Numbered from the whole stretch's first letter, positions 25,328 to 37,594 are shown. The stretch: DNA of 60,385 nt, filler included, from Basidiobolus meristosporus CBS 931.73 (GCA_002104905.1; 3 parts of 3 records of this genome joined end to end with filler, not necessarily neighbours in it); one strand, 5' to 3'. Numbers and translations are program-made. Notes: a model not told the origin generated them from the sequence alone.

Positions 25328-25724
25328 TCTCTTTTATCTCGCTAGCTATTTCATTTTGATGGTCTATAGTTTAATTGGAGTAAGTGCATAGATAAAAGAC
25401 ATGGTACGAACATAGTGTACAAATGAGTGTGGTCTGACCAAGGAGCAGCCTCGGTAACTTACCAACTAATAGGACCGACATTTAGTGCGTGAATGCAGTA
25501 TAGATAGTTACCAGAGTACACTCATCATGTGTACAATACACGAGTTTACATTCATACTTGTTGCCTCATTCTCGATAGTAAATATAGACTCGTAGCATCT
25601 ACAAGAGAGTTAAAATAAAGACGTTCATTCTAAAATGGGTCACAAAATGAGATAGATGTGACTCAGATGGTAGAGCATAGCATTGGGATCGATGTCTGCA
25701 GTCTCGCCTCCCGCGGGCACAAAA

Positions 25725-25796
25725 TGGAGGACCTGGGTATCGATCCAGTGCCTCTCGCATGCTAAGCGAGCGCTCTACCATCTGAGCTAGACCCCC
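25725..25796 (-). tRNA. tRNA-Ala(AGC), 1-nt deletion in T stem (possible sequencing error)
   Basis: Loop TTAGCAT; G3:U70 pair; one C missing compared with other copies. Confidence 0.8.
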
Positions 25797-26169
25797 AAAT
25801 ATGTGAATATTTGGAGATACACATCTATCTCATTTTGTGACCCATTTTAGAAATGAACGTCTTTATATTTACCTGCCCGCTTCTCTACTCTCTTGTAGAT
25901 GCTACGAGTCTATATTTACTATCGAGAATGAGGCAACAAGTATGAATGTAAACTCGTGTATTGTACACATGATGAGTGTACTCTGGTAACTATCTATACT
26001 GCATTCACGCACTAAATGTCGGTCCTATTAGTTGGTAAGTTACCGAGGCTGCTCCTTGGTCAGACCACACTCATTTGTACACTATGTTCGTACCATGTCT
26101 TTTATCTATGCACTTACTCCAATTAAACTATAGACCATCAAAATGAAATAGCTAGCGAGATAAAAGAGA

Positions 26170-26243
26170 TGTCTTCGCTCGGATTCGAACCGAGGACCGT
26201 CTGTGTGTTAGACAGACGTGATAACCAACTACACCACGAAGAC
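26170..26243 (-). tRNA. tRNA-Val(AAC)
   Basis: Array copy; loop CTAACAC. Confidence 0.95.
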
Positions 26244-26528
26244 ATGCTTGATTTATAGCGCTTTTTAACATTAATTTGCTTTATACGTGACTTGCGATTG
26301 TATGTGAGGAAACTTCGAGAGTACAATCATATTTTGTGTCATCCAATTCTTATGTTGTGCGGTGCTTACCAATACGAGGGAGAATGTGCATATAGAGTTA
26401 CCAAAAAATTATTTTACTATTTACAAGCTATCGCAGATATCCTAAATTAATCCCATTTATTTGGTCAGTACAAATATGAAGGTGGTGTTGAAGACGAATC
26501 AAACTAAGCTTGGGAAGCTATGGAAAGT

Positions 26529-26600
26529 GGGGGGTTGGCGCAACGGTAGCGCGTTCGCCTCCAGAGCGAAAGGTTGCGTGTTCAAATCACGCACTCCTCA
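26529..26600 (+). tRNA. tRNA-Trp(CCA)
   Basis: Loop CTCCAGA; T-run terminator downstream. Confidence 0.93.
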
Positions 26601-26795
26601 CTTCTCTTTTTCTCATTCTGGACGATGAATACCTATATCTATATATATATATATATTTGCTTTTTTGATTGCACCTGTGTTATGTGGAACGTCTCTATTT
26701 TGCACTATCCTACTGTGGCAATCAAGCTTTTGTTGCCCGAGTTATCTTTTTGATGGCATGAGTTATATTACATTCAAGATGGAAATCTCTCGAAA

Positions 26796-26869
26796 GCTCG
26801 CATAGCTCAGTTGGTTAGAGCGTGGTGCTAATAACGCCAAGGTCGCAGGTTCGACCCCTGCTGTGAGCA
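26796..26869 (+). tRNA. tRNA-Ile(AAT)
   Basis: Acceptor GCTCGCA/TGTGAGC; loop CTAATAA. Confidence 0.95.
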
Positions 26870-27192
26870 TTATCTTTTATCCTTTATTATTGATCTTTTT
26901 GTGTATCAGCTAAAGATTCCCTAGCATTGTGTGGACTATTGTTGCTTAAGTGGTCACAAGTTTAATATTCGGGTGGTCCCAATGTTGTGCTTATGATGTT
27001 ATATGCGCACCCAGTCACTCCCTAACCCAAATCCAGTATATAAAAATATAAGCACCTATACCCTGATTGCAAGGCATTTCACGAAATACGTATTTATGCT
27101 TGTAGTATTGTAAATGTACATGCCAACGCATGAGGCTTTACTTTGCCAACAGAGTACTCTTGTTGTATAATCTTTGTATCTTCACAACCAAT

Positions 27193-27264
27193 TCTCAGAT
27201 AGTATAGTGGTAAGTATCCCCGCCTGTCACGCGGGAGACCCGGGTTCAATTCCCGGTCTGAGAG
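27193..27264 (+). tRNA. tRNA-Asp(GTC)
   Basis: Acceptor TCTCAGA/TCTGAGA; loop CTGTCAC; long T-run terminator. Confidence 0.95.
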
Positions 27265-27572
27265 CTTTTTTTTGGCATTAATTCTCGACACAGAAAATAT
27301 GTGATCACCAGTTTGGACTATCGGGTGTCCCGTTGATATTTTTGATAGGCCCTTTTTGATTTGGTGACATAACCATTAAAAAGTTTCCTGTATTCTGCTT
27401 GGCATGTCATAGATGTAAGGATATTTATCCGTGTTTGAGCTCTAGTTTGTGCCTACATAGAATCAATGACACATTCACCATGTTCTGCGAAGCAAAATAA
27501 TATTGATATTCTACTTGGCGTTATCATTATTGTGTGCTTTTTGTAAAGAAAGTGGTTTCTTCTTGCTGAAAT

Positions 27573-27645
27573 GGGCGTATGGCCAAATGGATAAGGCGCC
27601 TGACTACGGATCAGGAGATTCCAGGTTCGATCCCTGGTATGCTCG
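27573..27645 (+). tRNA. tRNA-Arg(ACG)
   Basis: Acceptor GGGCGTA/TATGCTC; loop CTACGGA. Confidence 0.95.
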
Positions 27646-27972
27646 TTCTTTTTTGCCAATCCTTGATCGATTGCCCAAGGGTTTCTGCTTCATTTTTGCG
27701 CTAACCATGATTGCCGTAAGAGTATTGAGGAAGCTGTAGAGTACAATCTCAATAGAACGCATATATTCATTGACATGGTATCATCATTGCACCGCGCTAA
27801 CGGGAATAGTGTTTGCGTATGTTTATTAAACATATATCAGGGAAACGTGTAAGACAGCATAGCTTTTGAAAGTAGAACATTGTTAATAAACGCCTTGCTC
27901 ATCTACAAAAGTTTATTTCCCTCGTTATTAGTTGATAAACATACTATCAAGCTCACCTTTAAGCTGTCTATA

Positions 27973-28043
27973 GCATACTTGGTTTAGTGGTATAATTACC
28001 GCCTGCCACGCGGTAGACCGGGGTTCGATTCCCCGAGTATGCA
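27973..28043 (+). tRNA. tRNA-Gly(GCC)
   Basis: Acceptor GCATACT/AGTATGC; loop CTGCCAC. Confidence 0.95.
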
Positions 28044-28707
28044 TTTTGACAACCTTTTATGATTTCCACTCTACAATAAAGTGGCACACTCAGTACAATC
28101 CCTCAATTTGCCGCTACAATCAACTTCCAAATTGGTCATGTGTGCTGTGGCATTTAATATCTTTATTCAAATTGGCTTTGTGGTTTCCTCTTTTACTAGC
28201 CACTATATTCCACCTCTTAACACTTTCCCAGTAAAATGGGTTTGCTGGCTAGCGTATTAGCACATTGTCTTCAGCTCCGCCCCAGTCTAGGGTTCCGGAA
28301 AACATATACTTTTAGGCTGGACACGGGTGGAAATTTTCGGCTACGATTTTCTAAAATTTATGCATAACCGGCTTCCACCTCTGGCGCTTAGGTATTACCT
28401 AAATCATATCCACACCACGGAGTCGAACCTGTTCTTTTTGCGCTGCATCTAATCAACAAGGCCAACATCACTGGAAACCCTAAGCTAGATTAATTTGCCC
28501 ACCCTACATCAAGAATGAATTGAAGTGAACCGTAAGAAGGCCTGAAGCACTCCATGATTGTATAAAGATATACGTTGCCATACAAGATGCTTTGGTTGGT
28601 GATGGTGCTACTTGTCAAGTGCGCTGCGCTCTAAAATCTATCATACGGGGTTGAACTAGAGTTTCTTGAAATACAAATTAGGTTCATGTGCGTAAACCCA
28701 TAATAAT

Positions 28708-28780
28708 GCCTCCTTGGCTCAGTTGGCAGAGCGTCTGCCTAGTAAGCAGAAGGTCGCTGGTTCGATTCCGGCAGAAGGCA
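28708..28780 (+). tRNA. tRNA-Thr(AGT)
   Basis: Loop CTAGTAA; one C-A mismatch in the acceptor stem. Confidence 0.93.
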
Positions 28781-29400
28781 TTTTTACATCTTATATTACC
28801 TCAGAGAGATGTACCATTTTGCACTGGACCTACTAAAGAAAGCTTTCAGAGCGTGGCCAGCTTTACTTCATCCAGCCTCGGTTTTAATGATTATTTGTTC
28901 GAACGCCTTTTGGAGATGGTTTTTTTTTTGCAAAAGTAGTAATATCGGAGATCAAATTTGACAAGTATTACAGGGTCCGCATGATGGTATGTTGGCAGAT
29001 AGATATAAGTATAATGCATTAGTAAGATAACAAATTAAGTGTTATGATTTAAATCCTAACTAGTCACTACCGATCACTTGAACACTACTGATCGAACACC
29101 TGGAATTCCACACAGACGATCAATCGCACTCAGTGATACACACGTTATTTAATACATCTTGAACCCTCCTTTTGGAAGCTTGCCCTACGTTATCGGAAGC
29201 TCTCCCTCCGAGGCTATCTCTATATAAACTCCTTTGAACACTATCAATAAAGCATCAACCTTTTACCGGTTCATCAACTATTCAGATAACCTCTCTGATT
29301 CGTATTGGACATCCTCCGGTCCTCCTCCGCTTGCCCTCGATTCATAACATTGGTAGCAGCGAACCTCCGATCTCCAAAAAACAAAAACCTCCGTACCTCC

Positions 29401-29580
29401 CAGAAACTTTTCCAATCTCTCAGAAACTCTTCCGATCTCCCAGAAACTTTTCCAATCTCTCAGAAACTCTTCCGATCTCCCAGAAACTTTTCCAATCTCT
29501 CAGAAACTCTTCCGATCTCCCAGAAACTCTTCCGATCTCCCAGAAACTCTTCCGATCTCCCAGATATTCTTCCAATTGTC
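29401..29580 (+). repeat. 20-bp tandem repeats in the gypsy-B 5' leader
   Basis: Eight units of CAGAAACTTTTCCAATCTCT or CAGAAACTCTTCCGATCTCC plus a degenerate unit. Confidence 0.9.
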
Positions 29581-29746
29581 CAGAGATACCCTCCGTACCT
29601 GCCCGAGACCCTCCCAACCTCCCAGAGAAACCCTCCGTTTCACTCAAAAAAAGAAAAAAAACAGTACCCAGTCAATTCTGCCAGAGAACCAGCCCCCTTG
29701 GTAAACACACCCGCCTACCGCAAATCAAACAATACCCAAAAACAAA

Positions 29747-32700
29747 ATGAGTGAAGAAAAGCCAAAATTTAGCTCTTCAGAAGAAATGTTGGCCTATATT
29801 GAGAGTCTTGAACAACAAGTTGCTGAGTTAGCCGGTCAAGGACAGTCCCACACAACTGAGCCTGCGGCCCTCCCTAGTCTGGACCCAAGAATGGGTAGGC
29901 AGACAGACTTGGACTCTTTACATTTTGTGAACACCCAGAGATCATGGTTTACTGGTCAAGGTATACAGAGAGAGGGTGAAGCCTCATCTGTAAGACCTGC
30001 GGTGCCTCCCAATTCCTTGAATCTTGGAGAAGATGGGCAAGGCTCTCTGGACTTCACAAAACAATATAGAGCAACAAATCTGAAACTTCAGAAACCCAAC
30101 ATCTTTGAAGGCAAAAGACACACTGCCACTCTAGAGACTTGGATATTTGAAGTAGAGCAGTACCTATACTTCTCAGATGACTCTGAAGAAGTCAAAGTAC
30201 ATTATGCCTGTTCACTTTTCAGAAAGGAAGCAACCATGTGGTGGAAACTTCACATTCAAGGAATGAATAGGGGCATCTTTCCACCCATAGCCTCCTGGGC
30301 TGACTTTGTTAAAGCATTGAGAAAGAGGTTTACACCTATCAATGCTGATAGAATGGCAAGAGAAAAACTGTCCAAACTCTTTCAAGCCAAGTCTGTTCAA
30401 GAGTACAATGAGCAGTTTAACTTGCTTAGTATGGAAATTCAAAACATGCCTGATACTGAACTACTTGAGCAATACCTAAGAGGCCTGAAATCCAACACTA
30501 GATGGGAAATTGAATACAAAGACCCCAAAACCCTAGTAGAGGCTATGGAACTGGCAGAAAGATATGATGCCATACACTTCAGAAGGGCTGTCAACCACAG
30601 AATTGGTCACTCAAGAACTACTACAGGCCTCAAAGCCAATAACCACATACCTATTGGTAGTCAACCAATCACTGAACAAGGTGCACACTACCCCCACACA
30701 CTGGAGCCTATGGACCTAGATGTTATGCAGAGCACACCAAGACCTTCTAAAGAGGAATGCTTCAAGCTTGGACTATGCTTTTACTGCAAGGAACAGGGTC
30801 ATAAAGTCAATGAATGCCCAAAGAGGCCATTACAAAGAGTATTCCAACTCTCCACTAAGGAGGAGGAGCACACAATCAGCCTTGTTAAGGAGTATCAGAG
30901 GACTCAGAGCTTATATACTACCCCAAAGATGCTGAAACTCCCAGGGATTCTCAACAACAACCAATGTGTCTCTGTACTCATTGACAGTGGAGCAACTGAT
31001 GTCTACATTTCAAAAGATGTAGCTGATCAGATGAAGCTACAAACAATCCCTTGCCCCCCAATTCACATCCTCTGTGCCACCAAGGAATCAATTATAGTGA
31101 ACAGCAGGACTGAACCCTTGACTTTACAAATCAGGGACTTCCAAGACACCATTTCCCCAATTATCATACCCCAAGCCAACTTTGAAATCAATGTGGGACA
31201 AACTTGGCTAAGAAAGCACAATCCTGACATAAACTGGCAGACTCAGGAAGTTGTAATCAACAAGGATGATGCAAAATATCATCTGTCACCCAAACCAACC
31301 CTGGACAAAGGCAATGCACCAGAACACACCATATCAAAGAAACAGTTTGCCCACTCTATCAGACAGAATCCCAAACTGTTGCACATGATAGCCTTTGCCA
31401 AAATCCAAGAGACCACAGAAGTGACAAATGACAGGCTCAAGACCTTGTTAGCAGAGTTTCAAGAGGTTTTTCCCAAGGAAATCCCTGCACTACCCCCAAG
31501 CAGAGAGATTGACCATGCCATAGAAGTAACAGATGATAAACCAAGAAACAGAGCCCCATATAAGTTCTCCCCAAAGGAAATGGAGACTTTGAAGGAAACA
31601 TTGAAGGACTACCTGGCTAAAGGCTGGATAAAACCCAGTAAATCACCATGGGGAGCTCCAGTACTCTTTGCTCCAAAGAAGGATGGGAAGCTACGGTTCT
31701 GTGTGGACTACAGGGCCCTAAATGCAATCACTGTCAGAAATTCCTACCCATTACCAAGAATTGATGCCCTCTTTGACCAACTGGGGAAGGCAAAGATATT
31801 CTCTAAAATAGACCTGGCATCTGGATATCACCAAATCAGAATTAAGCCTGAAGACACCTCTAAGACAGCATTCAACACAAGATATGGTCATTATGAGTTT
31901 GTTGTGATGAGCTTTGGCCTGACTAATGCCCCAGCAACATTTCAGACACTCATGAATAGCATCCTGGAACCATATTTAGAGAAATTTGTCCTGGTCTACT
32001 TAGATGACATTCTGATCTATAGTACCAGCATGGATGACCACATGAAGCACTTGAAGACAGTACTGGCTATACTAAAAAAGCACAAGCTATATGCACAACT
32101 TCCTAAGTGTGAATTCCTCACCAGATCAGTTGAATACCTTGGTCACATAATCTCAGATAAAGGACTACACATGGATCCAGCCAAGATAGATGCTATCCAG
32201 AAATGGGAAGCCCCAAAGTCACTCACTGAAATGAGATCCTTCCTGGGACTTGCATCATATTACAGAAGATTCATCAGGGACTTTGCAACTATTGCAGCCC
32301 CCCTTACAGACTTGACCAAAAAAGAGAAAGACTATATATGGACCCCAAACTGTGAGACAGCTTTCCTAACTCTGAAAGAAAAGCTATGCCAAACCCCTGT
32401 GCTTCAGTTGCCTGATTTCTCAGAACCTTTCTGTGTATACACTGATGCTTCAGATCTAGCTGTTGGAGGGGTACTGACTCAAAAAGAACACCCGGTTGCT
32501 TATGAGTCCAAAAAGCTATCAGTAACTGAACAAAACTACCCAGTCCATGAAAAAGAACTCTATGCCATACTACATTGTCTGAGAGTGTGGAGATGCTACT
32601 TGGAGGGCAAACACTTTGTGGTATATACAGATCATGCATCCCTAAGATACATTCACACCCAGAAGCTATTATCCAGAAGAATAACTAGATGGATTGAAGA

Positions 32701-34096
32701 ACTACAACAATTTGATTTTAAAATCCACTACCTCCCTGGGCCAAAGAATACAGTTGCTGATGCACTCTCAAGGCAACATATATCAATGGTAGATCATGAG
32801 TTGGACTGGCCAGAATACATGCCAGAGTACTTGGCAAGTCAGACAATGCCAGAAGATTTATCACAGGAAGTAAGGGTCAAGATTAAGAAAGAAGCAGAGA
32901 ATTTCTCATATGGTGAAGACGAGGTACTTTACAGACACATGGAAGAAATAGGGCCTGTACCATATATTCCATTTGTATACAGAGGTGACATGATAATCAA
33001 GAATCATAAAGCCTTTGGACATCTGGGCATCCAAGGAACTTATGAAATAACTAAAAGGAGAGCCTGGTGGCCTAAACTCAAACAATTTATAGCTGAGACC
33101 CTCAAGACCTGCCCTGAGTGCCAGCTGGCTAGACCATACAACAAGGAACATGCCCCATTAGAACCACTGACTCCAGTTCCAGCATTCTACAGATGGGGAA
33201 TTGACTTCATTGGAATATTGCCTGAAACTTCAAGAGGGAACAAGTGGATCATAACTGCAATTGACCATACCACTAAGTGGTGTATAGCAAAAGCCATGCC
33301 AGCAGCTACTGCAAAAAATGTTGCAAAATTCCTTTACCTGGAAATCTTTATGCAGTTTGGATGCCCAGGTGAAATTCTGTCTGACAGAGGAGCAAACTTT
33401 TTGGAACAAACCTTGAAAGAATACCTTCAGATAATGGGGGTTAGACATTTGAAGACATCAGCATACCACCCTAGAACAAATGGGGTCACAGAGAGGTTCA
33501 ATGGACTCTTTGGGAAGATGCTGACTACTTATGTCAAAGGAGCCAAACATAAGTGGGATGAATTTGTACATCAAGCACTCTTTGCCTGTCGTATTAGAGT
33601 CCATTCAGCAACACAAAAGTCCCCCTTCTACCTAGTGTATGGTACACATCCAAGAATCCCAGGTGATACCTTACCACCATACATCTGGGACTTAAAGAAC
33701 CAAAAAGACTTGGCAGAATTCAGAACAAGGGAACTGGAAGAATTAGGACATGCAAGACATGATGCCATCAAGAATTTAAAACGACAAGCAGAGAAGATGA
33801 AAGAACAGTACAACAAAACAGTGGTAACAAAACCCTTAACTTTGGGAAAACTTGTATTAGTCCGAAATGAAAGTAGGCTAAAACTAGAACCACATTGGGT
33901 TGGACCCTTTATTATCACAAGAGAAATGCCCTTCAATACATTTCAACTCGCAGACATGTCAGGTAAAGTAAAGGAGGACCTAGTGCATAGAGACCGACTA
34001 AAGGAAGCACAGCTAAAAAACCCAATGACACCACCAACCAAATACTGGTATTACAAGTCCGATAGACAGGACTCTTCAGGAGAAGAACCTCTTTAA
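29747..34096 (+). CDS. gag-pol: Gypsy-B Gag-Pol polyprotein (1449 aa, single frame)
   Basis: Capsid, [18 protein letters not shown], protease [17 protein letters not shown], RNase H TDASD, integrase HHCC and DDE, GPF motif. Confidence 0.97.
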   Translation: MSEEKPKFSSSEEMLAYIESLEQQVAELAGQGQSHTTEPAALPSLDPRMGRQTDLDSLHFVNTQRSWFTGQGIQREGEASSVRPAVPPNSLNLGEDGQGSLDFTKQYRATNLKLQKPNIFEGKRHTATLETWIFEVEQYLYFSDDSEEVKVHYACSLFRKEATMWWKLHIQGMNRGIFPPIASWADFVKALRKRFTPINADRMAREKLSKLFQAKSVQEYNEQFNLLSMEIQNMPDTELLEQYLRGLKSNTRWEIEYKDPKTLVEAMELAERYDAIHFRRAVNHRIGHSRTTTGLKANNHIPIGSQPITEQGAHYPHTLEPMDLDVMQSTPRPSKEECFKLGLCFYCKEQGHKVNECPKRPLQRVFQLSTKEEEHTISLVKEYQRTQSLYTTPKMLKLPGILNNNQCVSVLIDSGATDVYISKDVADQMKLQTIPCPPIHILCATKESIIVNSRTEPLTLQIRDFQDTISPIIIPQANFEINVGQTWLRKHNPDINWQTQEVVINKDDAKYHLSPKPTLDKGNAPEHTISKKQFAHSIRQNPKLLHMIAFAKIQETTEVTNDRLKTLLAEFQEVFPKEIPALPPSREIDHAIEVTDDKPRNRAPYKFSPKEMETLKETLKDYLAKGWIKPSKSPWGAPVLFAPKKDGKLRFCVDYRALNAITVRNSYPLPRIDALFDQLGKAKIFSKIDLASGYHQIRIKPEDTSKTAFNTRYGHYEFVVMSFGLTNAPATFQTLMNSILEPYLEKFVLVYLDDILIYSTSMDDHMKHLKTVLAILKKHKLYAQLPKCEFLTRSVEYLGHIISDKGLHMDPAKIDAIQKWEAPKSLTEMRSFLGLASYYRRFIRDFATIAAPLTDLTKKEKDYIWTPNCETAFLTLKEKLCQTPVLQLPDFSEPFCVYTDASDLAVGGVLTQKEHPVAYESKKLSVTEQNYPVHEKELYAILHCLRVWRCYLEGKHFVVYTDHASLRYIHTQKLLSRRITRWIEELQQFDFKIHYLPGPKNTVADALSRQHISMVDHELDWPEYMPEYLASQTMPEDLSQEVRVKIKKEAENFSYGEDEVLYRHMEEIGPVPYIPFVYRGDMIIKNHKAFGHLGIQGTYEITKRRAWWPKLKQFIAETLKTCPECQLARPYNKEHAPLEPLTPVPAFYRWGIDFIGILPETSRGNKWIITAIDHTTKWCIAKAMPAATAKNVAKFLYLEIFMQFGCPGEILSDRGANFLEQTLKEYLQIMGVRHLKTSAYHPRTNGVTERFNGLFGKMLTTYVKGAKHKWDEFVHQALFACRIRVHSATQKSPFYLVYGTHPRIPGDTLPPYIWDLKNQKDLAEFRTRELEELGHARHDAIKNLKRQAEKMKEQYNKTVVTKPLTLGKLVLVRNESRLKLEPHWVGPFIITREMPFNTFQLADMSGKVKEDLVHRDRLKEAQLKNPMTPPTKYWYYKSDRQDSSGEEPL

Positions 34097-34427
34097 GTGT
34101 GGGAGTATGTTATGATTTAAATCCTAACTAGTCACTACCGATCACTTGAACACTACTGATCGAACACCTGGAATTCCACACAGACGATCAATCGCACTCA
34201 GTGATACACACGTTATTTAATACATCTTGAACCCTCCTTTTGGAAGCTTGCCCTACGTTATCGGAAGCTCTCCCTCCGAGGCTATCTCTATATAAACTCC
34301 TTTGAACACTATCAATAAAGCATCAACCTTTTACCGGTTCATCAACTATTCAGATAACCTCTCTGATTCGTATTGGACATCCTCCGGTCCTCCTCCGCTT
34401 GCCCTCGATTCATAACATAAGTATATT

Positions 34428-34510
34428 CCGAACATAGCTCAGTTGGTAGAGCGGAAGACTGTAGTGTTATAGCAATCTTTAGGTCCCTGGTTCAAATCCG
34501 GGTGTTCGGA
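34428..34510 (+). tRNA. tRNA-Tyr(GTA) with 10-nt intron (34465-34474)
   Basis: Acceptor CCGAACA/TGTTCGG; CTGTAG followed by intron TGTTATAGCA at the canonical 37/38 position. Confidence 0.93.
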
Positions 34511-34650
34511 CTTTTTAATTATTTTGGTAAGCATTACGATATTTTTATTTTCGAAGAGAATCTACTTGTGGAATGAAAATAAATGGGACATACATGTTAA
34601 CTAGTTTGCTACGAGCCAATTCTAAAATGCGTATTCAAAAAGAAAAGGAA

Positions 34651-34724
34651 CGCTCCTGGGTGGGCTTGAACCACCAACCTCCTGATTAACAGTCAGACGC
34701 GCTAGCCAATTGCGCCACAAGAGC
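34651..34724 (-). tRNA. tRNA-Asn(GTT)
   Basis: Acceptor GCTCTTG/CAGGAGC; loop CTGTTAA. Confidence 0.95.
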
Positions 34725-35030
34725 TTCACACTTGGGCATTCTTCACCTAGATTCAAAGCTGTATATTCTTCCGTATAGTATCTGACAAGAAAATTCCTGT
34801 CAATGTTCCACCTCACAGCCATATGCCGGATTTAAGTTACGCGGAGTACACTTTAATGGAAAATGAGTTGAAATGCCACCTTCAGCAAAGCAAGATTCTG
34901 TACTTTTCTGGGTATAAAGAGTATCTTTGGCTTTTCTCGCTTCACTCTAGCACATAATATAGTCAAGGATATTTCACTCCATGTTTCCGTAAGAAACATT
35001 ACAGGTACCTACGCGTGAGTATTAATATAA

Positions 35031-35103
35031 GCCCGGCTAGCTCAATCGGTAGAGCGTGAGACTCTTAATCTCAAGGTTGTGGGTTCGACCCCCACGTTGG
35101 GTG
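35031..35103 (+). tRNA. tRNA-Lys(CTT)
   Basis: GCCCGGCTAGCTC start; loop CTCTTAA. Confidence 0.95.
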
Positions 35104-35207
35104 CACTACTCTTTTTAGATATCCATCGTGGATTGGTTACCTCAAAATATACTTGATAATAGAATCTGGAGTATATGGTATATCAATGGTTGGAGCAACC
35201 TAAGCTT

Positions 35208-35279
35208 GGACGTATAGCTCAGTGGTAGAGCAATTGACTGCAGATCAATAGGTCGGTGGTTCAAATCCGCCTGCGTCCT
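35208..35279 (+). tRNA. tRNA-Cys(GCA)
   Basis: Acceptor GGACGTA/TGCGTCC; loop CTGCAGA. Confidence 0.95.
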
Positions 35280-35427
35280 TCTTTTATTACTTTTATGGAT
35301 TTTGGTCTTCATCGTTTTACAACTTGCATGCTACGCATAACAATACGACGACCTCTACTACTTGCGAGCACCAAATATCCTCGAGTTCGTAGCCAAAAGT
35401 TATCCCAAGCAGTGCTTTGGTTCAAAA

Positions 35428-35500
35428 TGGAGGACCTGGGTATCGATCCCAGTGCCTCTCGCATGCTAAGCGAGCGCTCTACCATCTGAGCTAGACCCCC
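35428..35500 (-). tRNA. tRNA-Ala(AGC)
   Basis: Array copy; loop TTAGCAT. Confidence 0.95.
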
Positions 35501-35873
35501 AAATATGTGAATATTTGGAGATACACATCTATCTCATTTTGTGACCCATTTTAGAAATGAACGTCTTTATATTTACCTGCCCGCTTCTCTACTCTCTTGT
35601 AGATGCTACGAGTCTATATTTACTATCGAGAATGAGGCAACAAGTATGAATGTAAACTCGTGTATTGTACACATGATGAGTGTACTCTGGTAACTATCTA
35701 TACTGCATTCACGCACTAAATGTCGGTCCTATTAGTTGGTAAGTTACCGAGGCTGCTCCTTGGTCAGACCACACTCATTTGTACACTATGTTCGTACCAT
35801 GTCTTTTATCTATGCACTTACTCCAATTAAACTATAGACCATCAAAATGAAATAGCTAGCGAGATAAAAGAGA

Positions 35874-35947
35874 TGTCTTCGCTCGGATTCGAACCGAGGA
35901 CCGTCTGTGTGTTAGACAGACGTGATAACCAACTACACCACGAAGAC
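35874..35947 (-). tRNA. tRNA-Val(AAC)
   Basis: Array copy. Confidence 0.95.
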
Positions 35948-36232
35948 ATGCTTGATTTATAGCGCTTTTTAACATTAATTTGCTTTATACGTGACTTGCG
36001 ATTGTATGTGAGGAAACTTCGAGAGTACAATCATATTTTGTGTCATCCAATTCTTATGTTGTGCGGTGCTTACCAATACGAGGGAGAATGTGCATATAGA
36101 GTTACCAAAAAATTATTTTACTATTTACAAGCTATCGCAGATATCCTAAATTAATCCCATTTATTTGGTCAGTACAAATATGAAGGTGGTGTTGAAGACG
36201 AATCAAACTAAGCTTGGGAAGCTATGGAAAGT

Positions 36233-36304
36233 GGGGGGTTGGCGCAACGGTAGCGCGTTCGCCTCCAGAGCGAAAGGTTGCGTGTTCAAATCACGCACTC
36301 CTCA
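36233..36304 (+). tRNA. tRNA-Trp(CCA)
   Basis: Array copy. Confidence 0.93.
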
Positions 36305-36499
36305 CTTCTCTTTTTCTCATTCTGGACGATGAATACCTATATCTATATATATATATATATTTGCTTTTTTGATTGCACCTGTGTTATGTGGAACGTCTCT
36401 ATTTTGCACTATCCTACTGTGGCAATCAAGCTTTTGTTGCCCGAGTTATCTTTTTGATGGCATGAGTTATATTACATTCAAGATGGAAATCTCTCGAAA

Positions 36500-36573
36500 G
36501 CTCGCATAGCTCAGTTGGTTAGAGCGTGGTGCTAATAACGCCAAGGTCGCAGGTTCGACCCCTGCTGTGAGCA
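36500..36573 (+). tRNA. tRNA-Ile(AAT)
   Basis: Array copy. Confidence 0.95.
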
Positions 36574-36896
36574 TTATCTTTTATCCTTTATTATTGATCT
36601 TTTTGTGTATCAGCTAAAGATTCCCTAGCATTGTGTGGACTATTGTTGCTTAAGTGGTCACAAGTTTAATATTCGGGTGGTCCCAATGTTGTGCTTATGA
36701 TGTTATATGCGCACCCAGTCACTCCCTAACCCAAATCCAGTATATAAAAATATAAGCACCTATACCCTGATTGCAAGGCATTTCACGAAATACGTATTTA
36801 TGCTTGTAGTATTGTAAATGTACATGCCAACGCATGAGGCTTTACTTTGCCAACAGAGTACTCTTGTTGTATAATCTTTGTATCTTCACAACCAAT

Positions 36897-36968
36897 TCTC
36901 AGATAGTATAGTGGTAAGTATCCCCGCCTGTCACGCGGGAGACCCGGGTTCAATTCCCGGTCTGAGAG
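36897..36968 (+). tRNA. tRNA-Asp(GTC)
   Basis: Array copy. Confidence 0.95.
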
Positions 36969-37276
36969 CTTTTTTTTGGCATTAATTCTCGACACAGAAA
37001 ATATGTGATCACCAGTTTGGACTATCGGGTGTCCCGTTGATATTTTTGATAGGCCCTTTTTGATTTGGTGACATAACCATTAAAAAGTTTCCTGTATTCT
37101 GCTTGGCATGTCATAGATGTAAGGATATTTATCCGTGTTTGAGCTCTAGTTTGTGCCTACATAGAATCAATGACACATTCACCATGTTCTGCGAAGCAAA
37201 ATAATATTGATATTCTACTTGGCGTTATCATTATTGTGTGCTTTTTGTAAAGAAAGTGGTTTCTTCTTGCTGAAAT

Positions 37277-37349
37277 GGGCGTATGGCCAAATGGATAAGG
37301 CGCCTGACTACGGATCAGGAGATTCCAGGTTCGATCCCTGGTATGCTCG
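37277..37349 (+). tRNA. tRNA-Arg(ACG)
   Basis: Array copy. Confidence 0.95.
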
Positions 37350-37594
37350 TTCTTTTTTGCCAATCCTTGATCGATTGCCCAGGGTTTCTGCTTCATTTTT
37401 GCGCTAACCATGATTGCCGTAAGAGTATTGAGGAAGCTGTAGAGTACAATCTCAATAGAACGCATATATTCATTGACATGGTATCATCATTGCACCGCGC
37501 TAACGGGAATAGTGTTATGCGTATGTTTATTAACAGCATATATCAAATGAAGCAGAAACCCTTGGGCAATCGATCAAGGATTGGCAAAAAAGAA

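Larger units (their letters stand above)
29040..34417 (+). mobile_element. Ty3/gypsy LTR retrotransposon (gypsy-B), intact, inserted upstream of tRNA-Tyr
   Basis: 310-bp LTRs 29040-29349 and 34108-34417, identical by eye; PBS TGGTAGCAGCG at 29351; PPT-like AAGTGTGGGAGTA; 4-bp TSD TAAG. Confidence 0.97.

Noticed and set aside
29305-29754. ORFs 29305-29754, 29331-29750 and 29420-29647 with repeated peptides
   Set aside because: Translations of the 20-bp leader repeats, not an extra gene.
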